Below, piece after piece: positions 22,602 to 34,215 of a stretch of DNA of 41,322 bases. Every line of letters starts with the position of its first letter. The first letter of the stretch is position 1. The stretch is from an uncultured Bacteroidales bacterium (GTDB taxonomy: Bacteria > Bacteroidota > Bacteroidia > Bacteroidales > VadinHA17). The notes below the pieces were generated by a model. That model had not been told where the DNA came from, searched no databases, and was given only the letters and a program-made list of their open reading frames with translations. The position numbers and the translations under genes were made by a program. Location of the stretch: assembly GCA_963747625.1 (NCBI GenBank), contig CAVVGP010000161.1, forward strand, positions 1 to 41,322. The letters run 5' to 3'.

Positions 22602-24455
22602 ATGTTTATGATCGAAGTTAAAAGAACTTTTGACATTATTGAATGGAACCTAGAGAAATATCCGCGGAAGGATATGTTTGGAGGAAAAAAAGACAAGGAA
22701 TGGATAACCTATTCTACTGAAGAGGTAAGTAATTATGTAAACTGGGTAAGTTATGGCCTTCTTTCCTTAGGATATAAAAAGGGAGACAAAGTGGCTACAA
22801 TAACCGGCAACAAGCCTGAGTGGAATTTTGTGGATATGGGTCTCGCCCAGGCCGGACTTATTCATGTACCTATATACCCTACAATAGGTACTGATGAGTA
22901 CGAATATATTCTTGAACACTCTGAAGTAAAGGTAATTATACTAGGCAACAAGACAATATATAATAAGGTAAAACCAATTGCCAATAAAATAGGCGGATTA
23001 AAGGAAATCTATTCATTTGACCCTGTTGAAGGATTGAAATCATTTGACGAAATAGTTGAAGCAGGCAAGAAAAATGCTGGTAAATTTAAGGATGAGCTGC
23101 AAAAAATAAAAGAGAGTATAAAACCTGAAGATCTTGTAACTATTATTTACACTTCAGGGACTACCGGAAATTCCAAAGGTGTTATGCTTTCTCACAACAA
23201 CCTGGTTAAAAATGCAATAACAACATCAAAAGCTCACCATCTTGGCTATGGACACAGAGCTATCAGCTTTCTGCCTCTATGTCATGTTTATGAAAGAATG
23301 GTAAACTACCATTTTCAATATAAAGGAATAAGCATTTATTATGTGGAAAATATGGGTACAGTGTCGGAGACTGTAAAAGAGATTCAACCACATATTTTCA
23401 ATACTGTACCTCGTTTACTTGAAAAAATCTATGATAACATTATAAGTAAAGGAAGAAATCTTCCATGGTTAAAAAAGAGGATATTTTTCTGGGCAGTTAA
23501 TCTGGGACTTAAATTCAAACTGAAAGAAAATTCTAAGTTCTATAAATTCCGTCTTAAGATCGCAAGAAAATTAATTTTCAGCAAGTGGAAGGAAGCTCTC
23601 GGAGGAGAGTTGCAGGTTCTCGTATCCGGTGGTGCAGCCCTCCAGTCACGACTCGAGAAAATATTCTGGGCAGCCGGTATACCTATCATTCAGGGGTATG
23701 GCCTCACCGAAACCTCTCCTGTAATTTCAGTTAATCCTTTAAGAATTGATGAAATAGGGTTTGGAACCTGTGGGCCTGTCATTGAAGGTGTCGAAGTTAA
23801 GATCGCGGAGGATGGTGAAATTTTATGCAAAGGAGTCAATGTAATGATGGGTTATTATAAAGCTCCTGACCTTACAGACGAAATGATTGACAAGGAAGGA
23901 TGGCTTCACACCGGTGACATAGGTATAATTGAAGATGGAAAATTCCTGAGGATAACTGACAGGAAGAAAGAAATGTTTAAACTCAGTGCCGGAAAATATA
24001 TTGCACCACAGCCAATTGAGAATAAACTAAAAGAATCATTCTTTATAGAGCAGGCCATGGTAATTGGTGAAAATCAGAAATTTGCCAGCGCTATTCTTTC
24101 CCCTAATTTTACCTTTCTGCACGACTGGTGCTCAATACATAAGATACAGTTCCGCGATAACAAAGAGCTGATTGAACTGGCCGAAGTTGGTGAAAGATTC
24201 AGCAAAGAGGTGAAAGAGGTTAACAAATCCCTAGGCGAATTTGAACAGATCAAGAGATTCAGGCTGGTAACTGAAGAATGGACTCCACAGACCGGAGAAT
24301 TATCTCCTACACTGAAACTAAAAAGAAATTATCTTGCCAAAGAGTACTGGAACTTAATTGCTGAGATATACTGTAACGGTGAAAAAGCGACAAACGTATT
24401 GCACAGAATTAAAAAAGGCATTAACGGGGTGCTTAAGAATCTGCCAAAATTCTAG
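22602..24455 (+). CDS. Long-chain-fatty-acid--CoA ligase (AMP-dependent synthetase family)
   Basis: Intact 617-aa ORF. AMP-binding motifs IIYTSGTTGNSKGVMLSH, QGYGLTETSP, GWLHTGDIG and DRKKEMFKLSAGKYIAP. Confidence 0.85.
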   Translation: MFMIEVKRTFDIIEWNLEKYPRKDMFGGKKDKEWITYSTEEVSNYVNWVSYGLLSLGYKKGDKVATITGNKPEWNFVDMGLAQAGLIHVPIYPTIGTDEYEYILEHSEVKVIILGNKTIYNKVKPIANKIGGLKEIYSFDPVEGLKSFDEIVEAGKKNAGKFKDELQKIKESIKPEDLVTIIYTSGTTGNSKGVMLSHNNLVKNAITTSKAHHLGYGHRAISFLPLCHVYERMVNYHFQYKGISIYYVENMGTVSETVKEIQPHIFNTVPRLLEKIYDNIISKGRNLPWLKKRIFFWAVNLGLKFKLKENSKFYKFRLKIARKLIFSKWKEALGGELQVLVSGGAALQSRLEKIFWAAGIPIIQGYGLTETSPVISVNPLRIDEIGFGTCGPVIEGVEVKIAEDGEILCKGVNVMMGYYKAPDLTDEMIDKEGWLHTGDIGIIEDGKFLRITDRKKEMFKLSAGKYIAPQPIENKLKESFFIEQAMVIGENQKFASAILSPNFTFLHDWCSIHKIQFRDNKELIELAEVGERFSKEVKEVNKSLGEFEQIKRFRLVTEEWTPQTGELSPTLKLKRNYLAKEYWNLIAEIYCNGEKATNVLHRIKKGINGVLKNLPKF

Positions 24456-24699
24456 TTTGTTTCAGCTTCAAAAGTCAAGAAAGTTCCTAACGACGGTAAT
24501 CGAGTAAGACCTGTTGTAACTACTCAGTGGCTATCGGTGCATTTCAAATGATTCTAAGTATATCTGAAAATGTATTTTCACAAAGGTATCACCTGATGGC
24601 AGAGAGAAAAAGCAATTTAAATTAACTCATACTTCATAAGTTCTGATTTTTTGTATATGGCACAGTATTTTTTGTAATTTTGAAGCTTTCATATAAGAA

Positions 24700-25167
24700 A
24701 TGAGGAAATTTATTGAGGTAACTCTTTTTATTATTGTACCGGTTATTGTCCTGTTACTGCATTCCTGTACGCCTGGATCCTGTTTTGAGGAAACAGAGTC
24801 ATACCTCAAAGCCTCGTTTTATGATAATGCTACAAAGACACTTCTTGCACCCGACAGTATATCACTCAGCGGATTGAATAATGATTCTATTATCTATAAT
24901 AAGATAGCAAGTTTACAACTTGCACTGATACCCCTAAATGCCTCAGCCGAAAGTTGTGCATTCAGTATTAAAATAAATGGAGTCACCGATACCCTGGAAT
25001 TCCGTTACAGCAGTTATCCGCATCTTATATCCAAGGAATGCGGCTATACATATTACCATCAGCTTGATACTCTACCTAAATATACAAAACACATCATCAA
25101 GGATATATACACTAGTAATGAAACAATTACAAATTTAAATGTGGAGAATATTCGCATATTCTATTAA
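24700..25167 (+). CDS. Small lipoprotein of unknown function
   Basis: Intact 155-aa ORF. Signal peptide with lipobox VLLLHSC. No motif recognised. Overlaps the next gene by 29 nt. Confidence 0.6.
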   Translation: MRKFIEVTLFIIVPVIVLLLHSCTPGSCFEETESYLKASFYDNATKTLLAPDSISLSGLNNDSIIYNKIASLQLALIPLNASAESCAFSIKINGVTDTLEFRYSSYPHLISKECGYTYYHQLDTLPKYTKHIIKDIYTSNETITNLNVENIRIFY

Positions 25168-25921
25168 TCTCCTGCTTTTCCTGTACTGTAGTTTGATTCA
25201 GGTTTATGCCCAGGATACAATTCCAATTCCTCTCAAAGTTAAAATTGGTTTGGAAGTATCTGGTCCTGCTATATATTATTCAGATAAAAGTATTCTAAAT
25301 GAAGAAGGCTATATTTCCGTCGATCTGAATGAAAAGCGATCGGTCATACTTGACATCGGGCATCTCAATTATAAGTACAGTCAGTATAACTATTCATATC
25401 TGAGCAATGGAAATTTTGTAAAGATTGGAATAGATTTCAATCTTCTCAGCGCAGATAAATCACTTGGAAAGTATTATGCAGGAATTGGCTTCAGGTATGG
25501 TCTGAGCCGCTTCTTTCGGAAGTTCCAATGCTACAAAAGACAGATTACTGGGGCACAACCATCTCTTCAATTCCTCAGAGCATGAATTGGGGTCATTTCC
25601 TGGAAGCATCTCCTGGTGTGCGTGCAGAAGTTTTAAATCATTTCAGCATAGGGTGGTCAGTTAGCCTTAGAATGTTGCTCTACACAAGTACCGGCAAAAA
25701 CCTCAGACCAGTTTATTTCCCGGGATATGGAGATGGTAGCTAAAACATTCACAACCGGGATGAGCTATTTCATTGTATGGAATATCCCTTATAAAAAGAT
25801 ACAGGTAATACGTAAAAAAGAGGTTAAGGAAGAACCTGAAGATGATGAGGATACCAATACCGATAATAACAATGCCAATGGTACTTCAGGCAACAGGCAA
25901 CAGGGAAAAAACATCAGGTGA
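25139..25921 (+). pseudogene. Putative outer-membrane beta-barrel-like protein of unknown function, two frameshifts, with an acidic/Asn-rich tail
   Basis: Signal peptide MWRIFAYSINLLLFLYCSLIQVYAQ, alternating-hydrophobic strands (KVKIGLEVSG, FVKIGIDFN, YAGIGFRYG, SIGWSVSLRM). Tail KKEVKEEPEDDEDTNTDNNNANGTSGNRQQG. Pieces lie in ORFs 25139-25585, 25528-25743 and 25727-25921. Confidence 0.5.
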
Positions 25922-25991
25922 TTAATTTTTTTCCTGTCATGGGATGATGCGGAACCATGAAGGAATGATTAACTTCAAACAATCAAGGCTG

Positions 25992-27442
25992 TTATGGTTT
26001 TCTGCTGAAAATAAGTAACCCGATAAAAGTAAGTACGCCATTTAACAGCAGCAATTCAAAACCGAATTTATACCCGTTAAATAACTGCACTGAATATTTA
26101 CTGAGAAAAAAACAGGCTACCGGTGAAAAAACTGCAATAGCCGGAGTAATTTTATCATTTACCCTTCTTCTGGTAAATAACCCAAAGGAGTATAATCCCA
26201 GCAACGGACCATAAGTATAGCCTGCAATTGTAAAAAGCTTATCTATTACTGCCTTGTCATTCAATGCACTGAATATCATAACACTGATAAAAAACACCAG
26301 GGCAATTGTCAGATGCACCATATATCTGATTCTGGTTTTTGCTTTTTCTGTAAGATGCCTTCTCTTCGTTCAAGACCCAGGAAATCGATACTCACAGAGG
26401 TTGTCAGAGAAGTTATTGCACCATCAGCGCTCGGGAACGCGGCCGAGATAAGCCTAATAAGGAATACAACACCTGCCACCGGTCCCAGATATTTGATCGC
26501 AATGGTAGGAAAAATATCATCACTTGAGGCTAATTGTAATCCCCTTATTCTGCATAAAAATAAGTAAAAGTGCCCCAAGAAACAGAAACAACAGGTTTAC
26601 TACAACGAGTATGCCGCTGAATGTGAACATATTCTTCTGAGCTTCCTTTATGTTCCTGCAGCTGAGATTTTTCTGCATCATTTCCTGATCGAGCCCTGTC
26701 ATAACTATTGTAATAAACATCCCGCTGAAGAACTGCTTAAGGAAAAATCGCGGATGATGCCAGTCAGTTATAAACATTTTTGAGACAGGACTTTCTCTTA
26801 CAACTGGAAACAAGCTTAAACAGGGTAATATGCAGGTTTTTCCCTATATAAATAACTGACAGGATAACTGCCAGCAGCATAAAAGTCGTCTGCAGGGTGT
26901 CTGTCCATATTATTGTCCTTATTCCTCCTTTCATTGTGTAAAGAATAATCAGAATGATAAATATCAAGAACATTAACCCAGAATGGAATGTGCCATGCAT
27001 CAAAAACAAAAATCTGCAGAACATCTATAACTAGGAACATTCTCAAAGAAGCTCCGAGTGTTCTGGATAATATGAAAAAGCCTGCACCTGTTTTATATGA
27101 CCAGAATCCAAACCGCTGTTCCAGGTATGAATAAATAGATGTCAGTTTTAACTTGTAATACAAGGGCAGCAGGACCAGTGCTATGACAACATAACCGAGC
27201 AAGGTATCCTAAAACGACAACCATATAGCTGAACTGGGTATCTTTTACCCAACCGGGGACAGACATGAATGTTACACCGGAGAGAGAAGCACCAATCATT
27301 CCATAAGCGACTACAAACCAGGGAGATTTTTTGTTGCCTATAAAAAATGACTGGCTGTCGCTTTCCGGGCTGTCAGCCAGGTAACTGAAAACAAAATCAG
27401 CGTATAGATCAGAAAAATTCCGAGAATAAGCAGAGGTGACAT
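25992..27442 (-). pseudogene. Sodium:solute symporter family transporter, many frameshifts
   Basis: Start [23 protein letters not shown] (ATG 27442-27440), then …[21 protein letters not shown]… A run of hydrophobic ORF fragments (27093-27299, 26816-27202, 26764-27024, 26520-26813, 26309-26578, 25992-26321) together gives a ~480-aa polytopic protein. Confidence 0.65.
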
Positions 27443-27528
27443 TTAAGGATCAATTAGTTTACAAGAATAACAAAAAGAATGGAAGACAAAAAATTCTCTC
27501 TCTGTTTAATAACACCGGAAAATTGAAC

Positions 27529-27536
27529 TAATTTTG
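27529..27536 (+). promoter_or_regulatory. Bacteroidota -7 promoter element upstream of recR
   Basis: TAATTTTG at 27529-27536; ATG at 27553. Confidence 0.4.
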
Positions 27537-27552
27537 CCTAAAAGTTTTCAAT

Positions 27553-28166
27553 ATGAGTTTTACGGAATTTCCTTCAAGGCTTCTTGAAAATGCCGTGAAT
27601 GAATTTGCTTCACTTCCAGGAATTGGAAGAAAAACAGCTTTCAGGCTGGTAATGAATTTATTAAGAAGAGACTCTGAAGAGATAAAAAAGTTCGGGGAGA
27701 GTATAATCAGGCTTCATGAAGAGATTCATTATTGCAAGATCTGCAATAATATTTCAGACACGAAATTTGCAATATCTGCAGCGATGAAAAGAGAGACAGA
27801 TCTCTTATCTGCGTGGTGGAAAACATACAGGATGTGATGGCGATTGAAAACACACGGCAATTTCAGGGGATTGTATCATGTACTTGGAGGAATCATTTCA
27901 CCTATTGATGGTATTGGTCCTTCCGATCTGAAAATCGACAACCTTGAAGAAAAAGTAAGACCGGAGGTATCAGTGAGATAATTCTTGCTCTGAGTACCAC
28001 GATGGAAGGTGATACTACAAACTTTTATCTTTTTAAAAGACTAAATAAATATAATATACGTATGACAACCCTTGCCAGGGGTGTGGCAATTGGAGATGAG
28101 CTGGAATATACCGATGAAATTACTTTAGGACGGGCTATTAATAACCGAAATCCATACCAGCAATGA
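27553..28166 (+). pseudogene. recR: Recombination protein RecR, frameshifted
   Basis: [37 protein letters not shown]…[10 protein letters not shown]. Shifted frames give …[40 protein letters not shown] (Toprim) and …[17 protein letters not shown] 28164-28166 overlaps the next ATG (ATGA). Confidence 0.85.
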
Positions 28167-29353
28167 TAACTTCCATTAATCAGTTTCTTTCAAATTCAGG
28201 AAAAGGCATGAAGAGATCTGCAATCAGAGAGATCCTTAAAAACCTTCAAAAACCAGGGATGATCTCTTTTGCAGGCGGGCTGCCGGCACCTGAAACATTT
28301 CCTGTTGACGATCTCAAGGAGATTGCAATTGAAATCCTTGAGAAAAACGGACCCGAAAGCCTCCAGTACAGTACAACGGAAGGAGATTATCTTTTAAGAA
28401 AAATGCTTGTCGAAAGGCATAACAGGCAGGGTCTTAAAATAGGTATTGAAAATCTGATTATTACAACTGCTTCACAACAGGCTCTCGATCTTATAGCCAA
28501 AGGTATTTCTTGATCCCGGCGACTATGTTATATGCGGTCTTCCCTCCTATCTTGGCGGATTAAATGCTTTCTCCTTTTATGGTGCAAAGCTTAAGGGTAT
28601 ATCTCTTGATGAAAGATGGAATGAAACCGGATGAACTTGAGGAAACCATAATAACCCTGAAGGAGCTTGGACGAAAAATCAAGTTTATTTATGTAATACC
28701 TGATTTTCAAAATCCGTCAGGCATAACAATTCCGGATTCCAGAAGACTGAAAATTATTGAGATTGCCGATAAATACGATCTTCTGATAGTAGAGGATTGC
28801 CCTTACAGGGAGGTTCGGTTCGAAGGTGAGCCTCAAAAACTTATGAATCAACTGGATACAGCTGGCAGAGTCATTACATTGTGTACATTTTCAAAAATTT
28901 TTGCACCGGGTTTCAGGGTCGGATGGGTAGTGGGAAACCCTAAATACTCGATAAACTTGTTATGGCAAAACAGACTGCAGATCTTTGTACTTCTGCTTTT
29001 GTTCAGAAAATCATCGCCCGGTATATGGAGAAAGGGTTACTTGATAAAAATCTGAAAAAGACAATTGATCTTTACCGTGAACGACGTAACAAAATGATAA
29101 CCTGTTTCAGAAAATATATGCCTGAAGGAATAATCTGGACAGAACCTCAGGGCGGATTGTTCCTGTTTGTAACTCTTCCTGCGCGCAATCGATACAGATG
29201 AAATATTTAAAAAAGCCATTGGGAAAAAATGTTGCTTTCGTTGCCGGCTCCTCTTTCTTTTGTAATAATTCCGGACATAATACAATGCGATTAAATTTCT
29301 CATTTTCAAATAATGAAGAGATTGAAACGGGTGTCAGTAGACTTTCCAGGTAA
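28163..29353 (+). pseudogene. PLP-dependent aminotransferase (class I/II, 2-aminoadipate/aromatic type), about 4 frameshifts
   Basis: …MKRSAIREILK…ISFAGGLPAPETFP…; FIYVIPDFQNPSGITIP; LLIVEDCPYREVRFEG; LCTFSKIFAPGFRVGWVVG (PLP lysine context); …WTEPQGGLFLFVTLP…; …NTMRLNFS… TAA at 29351-29353. Confidence 0.75.
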
Positions 29354-29466
29354 TACGAGAAGAATTGACCATCAAATAATTTCAGGAGAGCAAACTCTGA
29401 TATTTGTCAACTTCGGTACAAGAGATTACTTTTTATAGTGCATGCCATCGATTTTCAGGACACCTG

Positions 29467-29500
29467 AATGTTTCATCATATAAGAAATATCTGAAACATT
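29467..29500. repeat. 9-bp perfect inverted repeat AATGTTTCA-N16-TGAAACATT in the 290-nt leader upstream of the E2 gene
   Basis: Read directly: 29467-29475 pairs with 29492-29500. Confidence 0.35.
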
Positions 29501-29644
29501 TAGTCAATACGGTTGTTTAGTATGTAAGAAGTTTTCAGCTTGTAACCCCCTTATGGTAGGCTAAAATAATGTATCAGGGTTATTCTTTAGCTGCAGGTTA
29601 AAAAGGCTGGAAAGTGTTCCTGTAAAGAATAAATAATAAATGAA

Positions 29645-30997
29645 ATGATATATAAATCAAAGCTTATGGCAAGATTAAATATAGTACTGCCTGCAATGGG
29701 AGAAGGAGTAATAGAGGCAACTGTTAATAAATGGCTCGTCACTGAAGGATCACATGTAAAAGAAGATGATCCTCTTGTTGAGGTGGCAACAGATAAAGTG
29801 GATTCTGAAGTTCCGGCTCCCTCGGCCGGCATTATAGTTTCAATAATAGCAAAAGAGGGTTCGGTTGCCAAAATCGGGGAATTACTGGCAATAATTGAAA
29901 ATAATGCCGTTCCGACTAAGGAGGATCTTAAAAAAGTTGATGTGGAAGTAGGGAGAATCCGCGAAACAATTGCTCCATAAAACAAAGTAATACTGAAATA
30001 GAAGTCATTGTCGCATGATATGAAAAGCCGGACACCATCAGGTAAATTCATATCACCACTTGTTAGAAGTATTGCCGCACGCGAAGGGATAAGTTACGAC
30101 GAGCTTGATAAAACAACCGGAACAGGGATGGACGGCAGGATAACAAAAGATGACATATTGAGAATTATTGAAGAGAAGAATATTGCAACAAAAACAATAA
30201 AGGCGGATGAATTTGCGAAAATGAAAATGTTTTAAATGAAGCAAAGAGTTCTAAGAAAGAACCAGTGACTTTAATCAGGGCAGCAAACAGATGAGATAAT
30301 ACCGATGGACAGGGTCAGGAAAATAATAGCAGAACACATGATTCTGTCAAAAAGAACATCACCTCATGTTACATCATTTATTGATGCCGATGTAACCCGT
30401 TTAGTTAACTGGAGAAATGCCAACAAGGAAAAGTTTATGGCAGCGGAAGGTCAGAAACTTACTCTGACACCCATTTTTATTGATGCCGTTGCAAAAGCTC
30501 TCTACGAATTTCCAATGGTCAACATTTCAGTTGATGGTGATAATATAATCAAAAAGAAAAACATCAATATTGGAATGGCCACTGCACTACCTGACGGCAA
30601 TCTGATTGTCCCGGTCATAAAAAATGCCAATGAAAAAAGTCTTACAGGACTGGCAAAAGCTGTGAATGATCTTGCAGGAAGAGCCAGAATAAATAAGTTA
30701 AAGCCCGATGAAATTACAGGTGGTACCTTTACTATCACAAATTTTGGAAGTTATAATAACCTGGCAGGAACACCAATTATAAATCAACCGCAGGCTGCCA
30801 TTCTTGGTACAGGTGTGGTCCGGAAAATGCCGGTGGTGATCGAAACCACTGAAGGAGATGTGATCGCAATCAGGCAGATAATGATACTTTCATTAAGTTA
30901 TGACCACAGGGTTATTGACGGCGCACTTGCCGGAAAATTCCTTCACAAAGTGAAAGAGATTCTTGAAAATTATTCTCCTGACAATGATTTAATGTGA
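29645..30997 (+). pseudogene. 2-oxoacid dehydrogenase E2 (dihydrolipoamide acyltransferase), two frameshifts
   Basis: Lipoyl domain LPAMGEGVIEATVNKWLV…LVEVATDKVDSEVPAPSAGII. Subunit-binding domain SPLVRSIAAREGISYDELDKTTGTGMDGRITKDD. Catalytic domain ORF 30305-30997 ending LSLSYDHRVIDGALAGKFL. Confidence 0.85.
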
Positions 30998-31073
30998 TCA
31001 TCGAGTCTATGAAACTGAATATGATTTTCATCTGCCAATAAACGCAATTAGAAAAAAAAAGGAAAGATTTGAT

Positions 31074-31104
31074 AAAAAGGGCTGTTATAAATAGCCCTTT
31101 TTTC
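31074..31104 (+). terminator. Rho-independent terminator after the E2 gene
   Basis: AAAAAGGGCT-gttataaat-AGCCCTTTTTT: stem GGGCT/AGCCC extended by A/T tracts, followed by a T-run. Confidence 0.6.
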
Positions 31105-31188
31105 TAATATTTATCCTATATTAGTAGCCTTGAGTAGAGAAATAACAGATTGATTTCCTCCATTCTAAAAATAGAAACTTAAGGATTA

Positions 31189-31196
31189 TATTTTTG
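31189..31196 (+). promoter_or_regulatory. Bacteroidota -7 promoter element upstream of PorE-like paralogue A
   Basis: TATTTTTG at 31189-31196; ATG at 31241. Confidence 0.4.
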
Positions 31197-31240
31197 CAAA
31201 TGCTTTACATGCCTACATTCCATTTAGATTTAATTGTATT

Positions 31241-34112
31241 ATGATGAAAAGGTTAGTTCTCTTAACGTGGCTTCTGGCTACATTTATCAATTCTGATTTA
31301 TTTTCTCAGTCCAAAGGAGATCTGAGAGATAATTTTTATGATGCCGAAAGCTGGATTTTGTTTGAATCTTACCAGGACGCATTGCCTTTATATCTGCAAT
31401 TATTGAGAAAGTTACCCGGATAATTCAAATTTCAAGTACCGGATCGGCCAATGCTACATAAATATCCCGGGAGAAAAAGTTAAAGCTGTCAGTTACCTTG
31501 AAGACGCAGTTAAGAATATTGATCCGAAATATAAAGAGGGAAAATTCAATGAAACGGGAGCACCTTATGATGCTCTATATTATCTTGCCAATGCATACCG
31601 GATAAATAACCAGATCGATAAAGCTATCAGAGCTTATGAACTTTTCCGAAAAAACCTTAACCCCGAAGTTTACGATTCGACAGTTGTAAACCTCCAGATC
31701 CAATCGTGTCGTAATGCCAAGTGATACTTATGAAGATGCCACTCTATGTTAAGGAGAAAAACCTTGGTAAAATTATAAACAGCAGCAATAATGATTATAA
31801 TCCGGTTGTGTCTGATAAAGAGGATCTTATTGTCTTTTCCAGAAGCCAGGCATTTTATGATGCACTTCTTTACTCGGTTAAAGTAAATGGTGTATGGACA
31901 GAGCCACGGAACATGAATGAGTTGCTGAAGGTCGACAGGGATCTCTTTCCAACTTCTATATCAAAAGACGGAAAGGATCTTTATCTCTACAGTTCAGCCG
32001 ATTATGACGGGAATATTTATACATCACGATTTGAGAACGGTGCCTGGGCCCCTATTGTAAAACTAAATGATAACATCAATACAAAATACTGGGAGTCACA
32101 TGCAACAATCTCACATGACAACAAAAAACTATACTTCACCAGCAACAGAAAAGGAACATACGGAGGACTTGACATATATGTTTCAAAACGTGACAGCACA
32201 GGCGACTGGGGACCTGCAGTTAATCTCGGACCTGTAATAAATACACCGTATAATGAAGAATCTCCGTTTTTAAGCGAGGATGATCAAAACCCTGTTCTTC
32301 AGCTCCAGAGGACATTTTAACATGGGAGGCTATGACATCTTTTTATTCTACACTGCTTGATAATGGGGAATGGACAGTTCCTATGAATGCCGGCTATCCT
32401 TTAAACACTACCGACGATGATGTGTTCTTCTATCCGATTAATCAAGGTTATGACGGATATATTTCAAAGGAACTTCCGGGTGGTTTCGGGAAACAGGATA
32501 TTTACCGAATCGAAATTTTTTCAGATGAGCATCCCAGAAAATTTATTATAAAAGGGATAGTAAATATAGCCGACCTGATCAGCGATATGAATGATAGCGT
32601 GAAGATTAGCGTTATGAATATTAAAAAGCCGGGCAAACTGATAACTGATTATTCAAATCCTAAATCAGGGGAATTTGAGCTTCATCTGCCCCAGGGAGAT
32701 TATCAAATCACATATGAAGCAGATGGAGCTGAAAAAGTAGTCAGAAATCTGAACCTGCCTCTGCAGAATCCATCTGACACTATTCTACTGCCGGCAACAA
32801 TCTTACCGAAAACAGACTTTATCGCAGATTTAATAGTTGAAACAAATAAAACTATTTCTGTAACAAACGGCGACACAATCCTTTTCCCTCTGAAAGTGGA
32901 ACCACGATCTTCGCTTACTATCGAACATTGGGTTGGGGATTCTTTAGTTTCAGCTGAACACTTTAAAGTACTGGATTCAACTTTTAACTATAAGATGGTA
33001 CCAAGTCCGGGGAACAACAGAGTGGTCTTTAAACTCACTGACAGGTTCAATAATACAACTCAAACCGAAGTACTTGTTATAAGGGAGAATAAAACTGTAA
33101 AACAACCTGAAATAAGCCCGGAATATAACAGAATAATATCACAAAAACAGATCGAATCATTCTCCTCAGTGTTGAAGAGCAGGGCTAATGATAGTCTGCT
33201 TAAGGTTATTTCAGAAGCAAATCTTGAAAATAAAAAATTCGGGAAAATCGATGATTATATCTCATATCTGAAAGAAGAAGCAGGTAAAAAAGGCATAAGT
33301 ACTGATGAGGTTGATAAACTGGCCCTGAAAGTGGCACTGATGGATAATATACTAACACAGGCTGCAGTTGATTTCCTGGCCAGAAACACAGAAGGCGAAC
33401 TGAAAAACCTTCTTTCAGATCTTGATATTTATAAAATGAATCTTAAGACCTGGACTGATTTACAGGAGTATATTAAAAATAAGTCAGATGGAAGGATAAG
33501 CCCTGATGACCTGAATAGGATTGCTAATGCAATTCTTGCGGGAATAGATCCGTCAATAGCAATAATAAGAAATAAAATCCTGGTCTTCAGTGAAAATTCA
33601 AGTGAAGGAGATCTGATCCGCCAATCTTTGACAAGCTGTCGACCAGAGCAATATCAAAACAAGAGGAAAATGGCTGAAGGCATATTATAATGAAGCTATC
33701 GGTCACGGTCTTTCGCAAAGACAGGTTTCGGAATTGCTGGTCGACTATCAGCTCATTACCTAGTACTAACGCGGCTCAATATCTTAAAGATCTGATCGGA
33801 AAATCAGAAGAACCTCTTATATCTTCACTGAAGTCAATAGATCTTAAGAAAGAAAAAATTAAAACTGTTGAGGATCTGATTTCTTATCTGATTACAAATA
33901 AGAGAGAAGTATTCCGGCGAAGCTGTTTTCAAGAGTATTGCTGACCTTATCACTTCAAAAGACATATCAACTGAGGATCATTAAATCACATTTTAAACAT
34001 GTCGCGCCAAATCTGATCTTATGGATACTATGGGTTCTTACTTGGAGCCGGCATGTTAATCCTATTCCTGATACTGATAAGAAGGAAAAAGAATAAAGAA
34101 AAAGAGAAATAA
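31241..34112 (+). pseudogene. PorE-like paralogue A: signal peptide, TPR, PD40 beta-propeller, CRD/Ig-like sandwiches, long helical region, C-terminal TM anchor. At least 6 frame breaks.
   Basis: MMKRLVLLTWLLATFINSDLFSQ; TPR (GQCYINIPGEKVKAVSYLEDAVKN in a shifted frame); PD40 repeats NDNINTKYWESHATISHDNKKLYFTSNRKGTYGGLDIYVSKRDSTGDWGPAVNLGPVINTPYNEESPF and GGYDIFYS…GYPLNTTDDDVFF. CRD-like FIIKGIVN…GEFELHLPQGDYQITYEADG. Helical 33100-33950. End …GAGMLILFLILIRRKKNKEKEK, TAA 34110-34112. Confidence 0.7.
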
Positions 34113-34116
34113 GGAA

Positions 34117-34142
34117 ATATGACCGATTTCAGTCGGTCATAT
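34117..34142 (+). terminator. 10-bp perfect hairpin immediately after paralogue A (candidate terminator)
   Basis: ATATGACCGA-tttcag-TCGGTCATAT at 34117-34142. The downstream sequence is A/T-rich but has no clean T-run. Confidence 0.45.
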
Positions 34143-34188
34143 TCATAAAATAATATATGATTAATAATTCTTTTGCTATTTTTTTTAA

Positions 34189-34196
34189 TAAATTTG
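34189..34196 (+). promoter_or_regulatory. Bacteroidota -7 promoter element upstream of paralogue B
   Basis: TAAATTTG at 34189-34196; ATG at 34216. Confidence 0.4.
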
Positions 34197-34215
34197 TTTA
34201 CCAAAATCTCTGTCT

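Noticed and set aside
22346-24699. Possible small RNA or tRNA genes in the 256-nt and 244-nt intergenic regions flanking the acyl-CoA ligase gene
   Set aside because: No tRNA-like T-arm or acceptor features, no extended conserved-looking structure beyond one 6-bp hairpin (TCAGGC…GCCTGA near 22568-22589), and no repeats. These are probably ordinary promoter and leader regions.
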